From: Candidatus Evtepia faecigallinarum
GTDB taxonomy: Bacteria > Bacillota > Clostridia > Oscillospirales > Oscillospiraceae
DNA length: 64,000 nt
Reading direction: 5' to 3'
NCBI GenBank assembly: GCA_019115225.1
Contig: DXEA01000114.1
Location: 16,165 to 80,164 of the forward strand
Shown: positions 8,082 through 14,670 of the stretch, piece after piece
Numbering within the stretch: the stretch's first letter is position 1
Layout: the number at the start of each line of letters is the position of its first letter
Program-made: the position numbers and the translations under genes
Notes under the pieces: model-generated
What the model saw: only the letters and a program-made list of their open reading frames with translations
The model's database searches: none
Told to the model about the DNA's origin: nothing

Positions 8082-9119
8082 TCAGTGCAGTTCGCTGCCG
8101 GCGGACCAGACGTGGGGGCCGGCGGCGGCAGCGGCGGTGTTCTGGGCCATGACCCCCACCAGGGGATGGGGGGTGTAGAGCTCCTCCAGATAGGAGCATT
8201 CCTCTGCCGTGAGCATCAGATCCACGGCCTTTGCCGCGCCCTCCACGTGATGAAGGCGGGTGGCCCCCACCACCGGGGCGGTCACCTTGGTCAGCAGCCA
8301 GGCCAGAGAGATCTCGGTCATCGAGACCCCGCGGCGGTGGGCCAGTTCCGCCACCCGCGCCAGGATGGGGGCGTCCTGGGCCTGGGCGGCCCCGTATTTC
8401 AGCTGCGCATAGCTGTCCTCCCGGAAGCGCTTGGAGGTCTCTCCGGGCTCCTTGGACAGCCGGCCCCCTGCCAGCGCACTGTAGGGGGTCATGGCGATGC
8501 CCTCCTCCCGGCAGTAGGGGACCATTTCCCGCTCCTCCTCCCGGAAGATCAGGTTGTAATGGCCCTGGACGGAGAGGAACTTGGCAAACCCCTCCCGCTC
8601 GGCCAGGGCGTTGGCCTTGGCCAGCTGCCAGGCGCAGCAGTTGGAGATGCCCAGATAGCGGACCTTGCCCGCCCGGACGGCCCGGGTCAGCCCGTCCAGA
8701 ATGTCATAGATGGGCGTTTGGTGGTCCCACATGTGGTAAATGTAGAGGTCCACATACTCCGTACCCAGGTTTTTCAGACTCTGGTCCAGCATCCGCCGGA
8801 TGTGCTCCTGGCCGCTGACCCCTGCTGCGATCTCCTGGTTGGTCCGGGGCAGAAACTTGGTGGCGATCACCACGTCCTCCCGCCGGGCAAAATCCCGAAG
8901 GGCCCGGCCCAGATACTCTTCGCTGGTGCCCTTTTGGTAGCCGATGGCGGTGTCAAAAAAGTTGATCCCCAGTGCCAGACTGCGCTGGATGATCTGCCGG
9001 GAGGGTCCTTCCCCGAGGGTCCAGGTGTGCTGGCCCTTTTGGGCGTCGCCAAAGCCCATACATCCCAGGCAGATGCGGGAGACCGTCAGGTCGGAAGGAC
9101 CTAAGTTTGTATAGGTCAT
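8082..9119 (-). CDS. Aldo/keto reductase, 345 aa
   Basis: MTYTNLGPSDLTVSRICLGCMGFG...INFFDTAIGY... is a typical AKR N-terminus. I chose the ATG at 9119 rather than the ORF-track start at 9143, because it forms an ATGA overlap with the flavodoxin stop. Confidence 0.85.
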   Translation of the reverse strand: MTYTNLGPSDLTVSRICLGCMGFGDAQKGQHTWTLGEGPSRQIIQRSLALGINFFDTAIGYQKGTSEEYLGRALRDFARREDVVIATKFLPRTNQEIAAGVSGQEHIRRMLDQSLKNLGTEYVDLYIYHMWDHQTPIYDILDGLTRAVRAGKVRYLGISNCCAWQLAKANALAEREGFAKFLSVQGHYNLIFREEEREMVPYCREEGIAMTPYSALAGGRLSKEPGETSKRFREDSYAQLKYGAAQAQDAPILARVAELAHRRGVSMTEISLAWLLTKVTAPVVGATRLHHVEGAAKAVDLMLTAEECSYLEELYTPHPLVGVMAQNTAAAAAGPHVWSAGSELH

Positions 9120-9595
9120 CCCAGCTTCAGCCCCTCGGCCCATTTTTTCAGGGCGGCCTGGCTGGGCCTGCCGTTGAGCAGCTTCCCCTCTAAGATCTTG
9201 GCGCCGGGGGCGCTGGCCTGCAGGGAGGAGACAGCGCCGCTGAGTCCGCTGCCGCCGGAGGTGGCAAAGAGGACCACCGTCTTGCCGGAGAAGTCATAGC
9301 TCTCCAAAAAGGTGTTGATGATGGTGGGGGCCGTATACCACCAGATGGGAAAACCCAGGAAGAGGGTGTCATACCGGTCCACCGGGGCATCCGCAGCGGC
9401 CAGAGGGGGGCGGGAGGATTTGTCCTGCATCTCCACGCTGCTGCGGGAGCCCTTGTCCATCCAGTTCAGATCGGCACTGGTGTAGGGGCGGGCAGGCCGG
9501 ATTTCATACAGCGCTGCGCCCAACGCCTCTGCCAGGGACTTTGCCGCCTTGGCGGTGGTGCCGGTGGCGGAAAAATAAGCGACCATGGTATTCAT
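9116..9595 (-). CDS. Flavodoxin-family protein (cytoplasmic), 159 aa
   Basis: VAYFSATGTTAKAA (FMN phosphate loop), ..LGFPIWWYTAP.., ..LFATSGGSG.. Confidence 0.85.
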   Translation of the reverse strand: MNTMVAYFSATGTTAKAAKSLAEALGAALYEIRPARPYTSADLNWMDKGSRSSVEMQDKSSRPPLAAADAPVDRYDTLFLGFPIWWYTAPTIINTFLESYDFSGKTVVLFATSGGSGLSGAVSSLQASAPGAKILEGKLLNGRPSQAALKKWAEGLKLG

Positions 9596-9751
9596 GGGTC
9601 AAAACCTCCTTTGGCTGATCTTTGGCTCATTGTACCCCTGTTTTTCAAAAATGTAAAATGCCAAAATCCTATCTGCAATCATTCTCAAAAGGCATTTTTC
9701 CCTTGCGGGCGCACACCCCCTGTGTTAGGATGGAGGAAAGGAGGCGGTGGC

Positions 9752-10648
9752 ATGGAACTTCGGGTGCTGAAATATTTCCTGGCAGTGGCCCGGGAGGAGA
9801 ACATCACCAGGGCGGCGGCCCTGCTCCACCTGACCCAGCCCACCCTGTCCCGGCAGCTGATGCAGCTGGAGGAGGAGCTGGGGGTAAAACTGTTTCGCCG
9901 CAGTCAGTATCGCATCATCCTTACCCAGGAGGGGGTGCTCCTGCGCCGCCGGGCCCAGGAGCTGGTGGATTTGGCGGAAAAGACCGCCCTTGAGTTTGCC
10001 TGCCGGGAGAAGGAGCTCATGGGGGAGATCTCCGTCGGCGCCGGGGAGACCCGGAGCATGACCTTTCTCTCCCAAGCCATCCGGACGTTCCGGGCCCGGC
10101 ACCCCAAGGTCACCTTTCGCATTTTCAGCGCCAATGCAGACGATGTGAAGGAGCGGCTGGACCTGGGCCTGCTGGACATGGGCCTTCTGACCGAGCCGGT
10201 GGATGTGGGCCGGTATGCCTTTTGCCGGATGAAGGAGCGGGACCTGTGGGGGGTGCTGGTGCGGGCGGACGCTCCCCTGGCCGCCCAGGAACGGGTCGGC
10301 CCGGAGGATCTTGCCCAAATTCCGCTCATCATCAGCGGGCGGGAGAGCGTGCAGCAGGAGCTGGCCAGCTGGTTTCGTGAGTACTGGGAGAAGTTGGAGA
10401 TCGCGGCGACCTTTAACCTGGGCCTGAACGTCGCCAACATGGTGCGCTGCGGGGTGGGCGCTGCCCTCACCTTTGACCTGAACCTGGCCTTTGAGGACCT
10501 GCGTTTCCTGCCCCTGTCCCCGCCCATGGAGACCGGGACCGTACTGGTGTGGAAGAAGGACACCGTGCTGACGCCGGTGGCGGAGGCCTTTCGCCAGCAC
10601 ATCAAAAATGCCGAACAGACATTTTTGTCCCAAGATAATAGGCATTAG
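9752..10648 (+). CDS. LysR-family transcriptional regulator, 298 aa
   Basis: Starts MELRVLKYFLAVAREENITRAAALLHLTQPTLSRQLMQLEEELG (LysR HTH), preceded by ggaggaaaggagg. The ORF-track start at 9611 adds a non-homologous 47-aa extension. Divergent from the flavodoxin-AKR operon. Confidence 0.9.
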   Translation: MELRVLKYFLAVAREENITRAAALLHLTQPTLSRQLMQLEEELGVKLFRRSQYRIILTQEGVLLRRRAQELVDLAEKTALEFACREKELMGEISVGAGETRSMTFLSQAIRTFRARHPKVTFRIFSANADDVKERLDLGLLDMGLLTEPVDVGRYAFCRMKERDLWGVLVRADAPLAAQERVGPEDLAQIPLIISGRESVQQELASWFREYWEKLEIAATFNLGLNVANMVRCGVGAALTFDLNLAFEDLRFLPLSPPMETGTVLVWKKDTVLTPVAEAFRQHIKNAEQTFLSQDNRH

Positions 10649-10724
10649 ACATTGCTTTGCGTTCCCTTTAGAATGTAGACATCCCCCCATAAAACCATGG
10701 ATGGATCCAAGAAGGGAGCAAGCA

Positions 10725-11333
10725 ATGAGACGATGTTTGATTTTACTGGCCGCCGTGGGCCTGCTGTGGGGCCTGGCCGCCTGCGGAGAGCAGGAGAGCG
10801 CCGGAGAAGCGGCCGCCTCCGGCCAGAGCATAGCGCCTGCCGCCGGTGCGCAGTCCGACGTGCTGGTGGCCTATTTCTCCGCCACCGGCAACACCCGCGG
10901 GATCGCCCGCCACCTCCAGACCATCCTGGGGGCAGACCTGTATGAGATCACCCCGGAAGAGCCCTACACGGAGGACGACCTCAATTACAGCAGCGACGGC
11001 TGCCGGGCCAACCGGGAGCAGAACGACCCCGCCGCCAGACCTGCCATCGCCGGCACGGTGGAAAACATGGCGGAGTATGAGGTGGTGTTTTTGGGCTACC
11101 CCATCTGGTGGGGGCAGGCGCCCAAGATCCTGTACACCTTCCTGGAGTGCTATGATTTTGACGGTGTGACCATCGTGCCCTTCTGCACGTCCGGCTCCAG
11201 CGGGATCGGGGACAGTGCGGACAGATTGGCGGAACTGGCCCCCGGTGGTCACTGGCGCTCCGGCCAGCGCTTCAGCGGCGGTGCGTCGGAGGCTGACGTG
11301 GCCGACTGGGTGTCCGGCCTGGCCGGTTTTTGA
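10725..11333 (+). CDS. Flavodoxin-family lipoprotein (predicted exported), 202 aa
   Basis: MRRCLILLAAVGLLWGLAACGEQ.. is a signal peptide with lipobox LAAC. It is followed by VAYFSATGNTRGIA, ..LGYPIWWGQAP.., ..PFCTSGSSG.., making it a paralog of 9116-9595. RBS gaagggag. The ORF-track start at 10608 was rejected. Confidence 0.75.
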   Translation: MRRCLILLAAVGLLWGLAACGEQESAGEAAASGQSIAPAAGAQSDVLVAYFSATGNTRGIARHLQTILGADLYEITPEEPYTEDDLNYSSDGCRANREQNDPAARPAIAGTVENMAEYEVVFLGYPIWWGQAPKILYTFLECYDFDGVTIVPFCTSGSSGIGDSADRLAELAPGGHWRSGQRFSGGASEADVADWVSGLAGF

Positions 11334-11342
11334 TTGCGCTCA

Positions 11343-11379
11343 TACGCCCCATCGGGATGCAGCATCCCGATGGGGCGTA
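11343..11379 (+). terminator. 18-bp perfect inverted repeat after the lipoprotein-flavodoxin gene (candidate terminator, weak U-tract)
   Basis: tacgccccatcgggatgc a gcatcccgatggggcgta; followed by cgtcttgcc. Confidence 0.4.
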
Positions 11380-11464
11380 CGTCTTGCCGGAGGGAATTGC
11401 TATTTCTGCGGGGATGGGCTATAATGAAGGAACCAATGCAAAAAGAACAGGGGAGGATCCTACC

Positions 11465-12346
11465 ATGAGAGACGTGATCACAGTGGCCACCATGCGGGAG
11501 AGTGACGCCCACACCATCGAGCAGTATATCCCCAGCCGGGAGCTCATGGGCCGGGCGGCCAGAGGAGTCTATCAGGCGGTGAACTGGCATGGCCGGGTGG
11601 CCATCCTCACCGGCGGGGGCAACAACGGCGGGGACGGCTATGCCCTGGCGGGGATTCTGGCCGATGAGGGGATCTCCTGCACGGTCTACCGAGTCTCGGA
11701 GCATTTTTCCGAAGACGGGAAGTTCTATCACGATCAGGCTTTGGAAAAAGGGGTGCCCGTATGCCCCTATACCGGCAGTGAGGATTTTGCCTCCTTTGAC
11801 ATTCTGGTGGACTGTTTGCTGGGTACCGGTTTTTCCGGCCCTGTGCGGGGACTCTTCCGCCAGGCTATCCAGGCCATCAACAGCGCCCGGGCCTATGTGG
11901 TCAGCGTGGACATCAACAGCGGCATGCACGGGGACACCGGCAAGGGAGAACTCATGGTCAAGTCTGACCTGACAGTAACCATCGGGGAGCTGAAGGTGGG
12001 CATGTTTTTGGGCGATGCCGTGTGGCAGATCGGCAAGCTGGCCGTGGCTGACATCGGCATCCGTCTGGTCCGGGAGGACTATTTCCTGGCCAAGCCCGCC
12101 GAGGTGGTCTTCCCCCACACCGCCTTCACCTTAGAGGGTGACCAGGTGGTCCTCATGACCCCCGGCGAGGTGGAGGACCTGACCAAAGGGGGCCAGACCG
12201 TCCCCGAGGTGGCCCAGGAGATCGCCCTGCGGGGCCAGAAGCTGGTCCGGGTCCTGGGTAAGCACTCCCTGGTCACCGACGGCTACCGCACCTACTTTTT
12301 GGAAGAAGGGGAGTACCCCACGCTGCTGACCGTCCGGGGGCAGTAA
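11465..12346 (+). CDS. NAD(P)H-hydrate epimerase (YjeF N-terminal domain) with a C-terminal extension of about 80 aa, 293 aa
   Basis: MRDVITVATMRESDAHTI..., ..ILTGGGNNGGDGYALA.., ..DCLLGTGFSGP.., ..VSVDINSGM.. RBS aggggagga. No carbohydrate-kinase (dehydratase) domain is present. Confidence 0.75.
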   Translation: MRDVITVATMRESDAHTIEQYIPSRELMGRAARGVYQAVNWHGRVAILTGGGNNGGDGYALAGILADEGISCTVYRVSEHFSEDGKFYHDQALEKGVPVCPYTGSEDFASFDILVDCLLGTGFSGPVRGLFRQAIQAINSARAYVVSVDINSGMHGDTGKGELMVKSDLTVTIGELKVGMFLGDAVWQIGKLAVADIGIRLVREDYFLAKPAEVVFPHTAFTLEGDQVVLMTPGEVEDLTKGGQTVPEVAQEIALRGQKLVRVLGKHSLVTDGYRTYFLEEGEYPTLLTVRGQ

Positions 12347-12349
12347 GCT

Positions 12350-12991
12350 ATGGACAGGGATGGTCCGGTCCGGGAGGTGGACCCGCTGACCACCCCCCGG
12401 GCAGCCAGCTGGCAGCTGTTCCGCCATGCCCCCATGCCCATGGTGACGATTTTGCAGACCTGGGACATCACCGGCCTGCTGTCTTTCGGGGAACGAAAGA
12501 GGTATGGCCTGACCAGGCTGCTGTGCTGGTGCATCGGCCAGGCCGCCCGGCAGACGGAGGAATTGTATCTGCTGCCGGCAGGGGAGAAACTGCTGGCATA
12601 CGATAAAGTGGGGGTAAGCGTCATTGTGGCGGCCCGGGGCGGGGGACTCTGCTCCTGCGATCTCCCCCTTTCCGATGACCTTTCGTCCTTTGCCGGGACC
12701 TACCGGACCCTGACCCGGGCAGCGGCGGAGACAGGACAGGACCACACCCTGGCCGACCGCATGATGGTGGGCATCTCCCCTTTAGTGCAGTATGAACTGG
12801 ACGGGGTGATGAACTTCTACAGCGGCGTGTACAACAATCCCATGTTCTTCTGGGGCAAATACCGCCGGGAAGGGGAGGGCGTGAAGCTGCCCGTCTCCTT
12901 CCAGTTCCACCACGTTCAGATGGATGGGTTAGAGGCCTGTGCCTTCCTCCAACGGGTGCAGGAGACCATCCGCGCCCTGGCGGATGGCTAA
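12350..12991 (+). CDS. Chloramphenicol acetyltransferase (CAT) family protein, 213 aa
   Basis: CAT-like layout with the C-terminal motif ..PVSFQFHHVQMDGLEA.. (catalytic His region). Confidence 0.65.
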   Translation: MDRDGPVREVDPLTTPRAASWQLFRHAPMPMVTILQTWDITGLLSFGERKRYGLTRLLCWCIGQAARQTEELYLLPAGEKLLAYDKVGVSVIVAARGGGLCSCDLPLSDDLSSFAGTYRTLTRAAAETGQDHTLADRMMVGISPLVQYELDGVMNFYSGVYNNPMFFWGKYRREGEGVKLPVSFQFHHVQMDGLEACAFLQRVQETIRALADG

Positions 12992-13004
12992 CGATACAGC
13001 AAGG

Positions 13005-13053
13005 AAAAACCGCACGCAGAGACCCTTTCGGGGCCTTTTGCGTGCGGTTTTTT
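13005..13053. terminator. Bidirectional intrinsic terminator between the convergent CAT-like and ABC ATPase genes
   Basis: aaaaaccgcacgca ... tgcgtgcggttttt with an inner GC stem; A-tract and T-tract on the flanks. Confidence 0.7.
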
Positions 13054-13137
13054 GGTCAAAAAAGCAGGTTATTCACCGGAAACAGAATATGTTGCATATT
13101 CATTCGGGAAATAATCACTCCGGCTTCTCCGTGCATA

Positions 13138-13728
13138 TTATTCATTTGCTTCCAGCGGCGTCATGGTCAACACCTCATGGGCCAGGGCATCCCGCTCCTC
13201 CGGGGCGTGGGTGACCAGAAGGAGCGTGCGGCCCTGGGTGTGCGCTTTTAGATAGTCCAATACGATGGCCTTGGTGCCCTGGTCCAGGCCGGTGAAGGGC
13301 TCGTCCAGGATGATCAGCTCCCCCGGCGCCAGCACCGCGCGGGCGATGGCCACCCGGCGCTTCATGCCGCCGCTCAGGGCCCGGACGGGCAGGGACAGGC
13401 TGTCCTTCAGGCCCAGGGCGGTCAGGTGGCGGGCGGCCTCCTGCCGCTGGGCCCTTGGGCAGACCAGGGCGGCGTTGGTGAGGGCAGAGAAGTCTTCAAA
13501 CAGGCGATTTTCCTGAAAGACGGCGGACATGGGAAAGGAGCGGCCCTGAATGGTCCCCCCGTCCAAGGGCTCCAGCCCCAGGATCAGCCGCAGCAGGGTG
13601 GTCTTGCCGCACCCGGAGGGGCCCATGATGCAGGTGCACCGGCTGGCCGGGAAGCGGGCGGAGAAATCCCGGAGGACGGGCCGGTCCCCATAACTCTTTG
13701 TGATGTGGGATAGGATGAGGTCTGTCAC
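13138..13728 (-). CDS. ABC transporter ATP-binding protein (NitT/TauT-like), 196 aa
   Basis: Walker A GPSGCGKTT, signature LSGGMKRR, Walker B ILDEPF. Overlaps the permease stop by 4 nt. Confidence 0.9.
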   Translation of the reverse strand: MTDLILSHITKSYGDRPVLRDFSARFPASRCTCIMGPSGCGKTTLLRLILGLEPLDGGTIQGRSFPMSAVFQENRLFEDFSALTNAALVCPRAQRQEAARHLTALGLKDSLSLPVRALSGGMKRRVAIARAVLAPGELIILDEPFTGLDQGTKAIVLDYLKAHTQGRTLLLVTHAPEERDALAHEVLTMTPLEANE

Positions 13729-14486
13729 AGCTTTTCCAACCTCCCAAACGCCCCCTTGAGCAGGGCCAGAAATCCTTTTTCAAACAACACGCTGATGACC
13801 ACCACGATCACCGTCCAGGCAAACAGGTCCACGGTGTTGAAATAGACCTTGGCATCGTAAAACATCCGCCCGATGGACCCGGCGGGGATGCCGATAATCT
13901 CCGCCGCGATGCCTGCCTTCCAGGAGATGCCCAGACTGACGGTGCAGGCGGAGAGCAGATAGGGCTTTAATTGGGGCAGCCACAGGTAGAGCACCCGCTT
14001 GGGCCAGGACAGGCCAAACACCTTCACCGCCTCCAGCAGCTGTCCGTCCACGCTGCGGATGCTCTGGAGCACGTTGGTGTAAAGGATGGGCAGGACCATG
14101 AGAAAGGAGATGAACACCGACAGCCGGGCCGAGGACATCCAGATCAGGCAGATGATGATGAAGGAGGCCACCGGCACCGACTTGATCATCACCGCCCAGG
14201 GCCGGAAGAGGATCTCAAAGAGGGGAAAGCGCCCGGCCAGCGCCCCCAGGCCCAGCCCGAAGCCCAGCCCCAGGAGAAAGCCCGCGATGATCTTGCGCAG
14301 GGTGAACCACACCGTGGACCAGAAGCCGGACTCCTGCCAGATGTTGCTCAGCCGCACCAGGACGGACAGGGGGGAGGGCACCAGCAGCTGCTGGCCCACG
14401 CTCATGGCAAGCGCCTGCCACACTGCCAGGGCCAGCAGGACGGCGCCCGCCCGCTGGAGAAGGTTTTTGGTTGATCTGGCCTTCAT
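13725..14486 (-). CDS. ABC transporter permease (BPD_transp_1, NitT/TauT-like), 253 aa
   Basis: Start MKARSTKNLLQRAGAVLLALAVW follows RBS caaaggag. EAA-like loop ..LLEAVKVFGLSWPKRVLYLWLPQLKP.. The ORF-track start at 14849 would overlap pcrA and was rejected. Confidence 0.85.
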   Translation of the reverse strand: MKARSTKNLLQRAGAVLLALAVWQALAMSVGQQLLVPSPLSVLVRLSNIWQESGFWSTVWFTLRKIIAGFLLGLGFGLGLGALAGRFPLFEILFRPWAVMIKSVPVASFIIICLIWMSSARLSVFISFLMVLPILYTNVLQSIRSVDGQLLEAVKVFGLSWPKRVLYLWLPQLKPYLLSACTVSLGISWKAGIAAEIIGIPAGSIGRMFYDAKVYFNTVDLFAWTVIVVVISVLFEKGFLALLKGAFGRLEKL

Positions 14487-14605
14487 GGTCTGCTCCTTTG
14501 CTGGTTGGTCGAAACGGTACGCTACAGTATACCACATTTGGCGGAAAAACGCGTTGCTCCGGCAACAAAATTCTGCCGAAGAATGGGGAAGGGGGGATTT
14601 CGCGG

Positions 14606-14634
14606 TTGTAAATTCTCCCGGTTTGGAGTACAAT
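14606..14634 (+). promoter_or_regulatory. Sigma-70-type promoter for pcrA
   Basis: TTGTAA (14606-14611) - 17 nt - TACAAT (14629-14634), 36 nt upstream of the start codon. Confidence 0.5.
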
Positions 14635-14670
14635 GTTGCCCATTGACACAGAAAGATACGGTGAACCACG

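Noticed and set aside
9611-9751. N-terminal extensions suggested by the ORF track for the LysR gene (9611), the lipoprotein flavodoxin (10608), the epimerase (11330), murC (17815), pepF (20792), murD (34832), the ABC permease (14849) and the glycosylase (18388)
   Set aside because: The extensions lack homology, overlap neighbouring genes or promoters, and internal ATGs with good RBSs coincide with the conserved family N-termini.
12350-12991. CAT-family gene considered as an acquired antibiotic-resistance island
   Set aside because: There are no transposase, integrase or repeat boundaries. Codon usage and GC look like the neighbours. It is tightly packed after the nnr-like gene, so it is more likely a chromosomal CAT-family paralog of unknown substrate.
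14487-14670. Possible TPP or other riboswitch upstream of the NitT/TauT-type ABC permease
   Set aside because: The likely promoter (extended -10 TGgTATACT) leaves only about 40 nt of leader, and I saw no THI-box-like conserved segments. Most of the interval is the divergent pcrA promoter.
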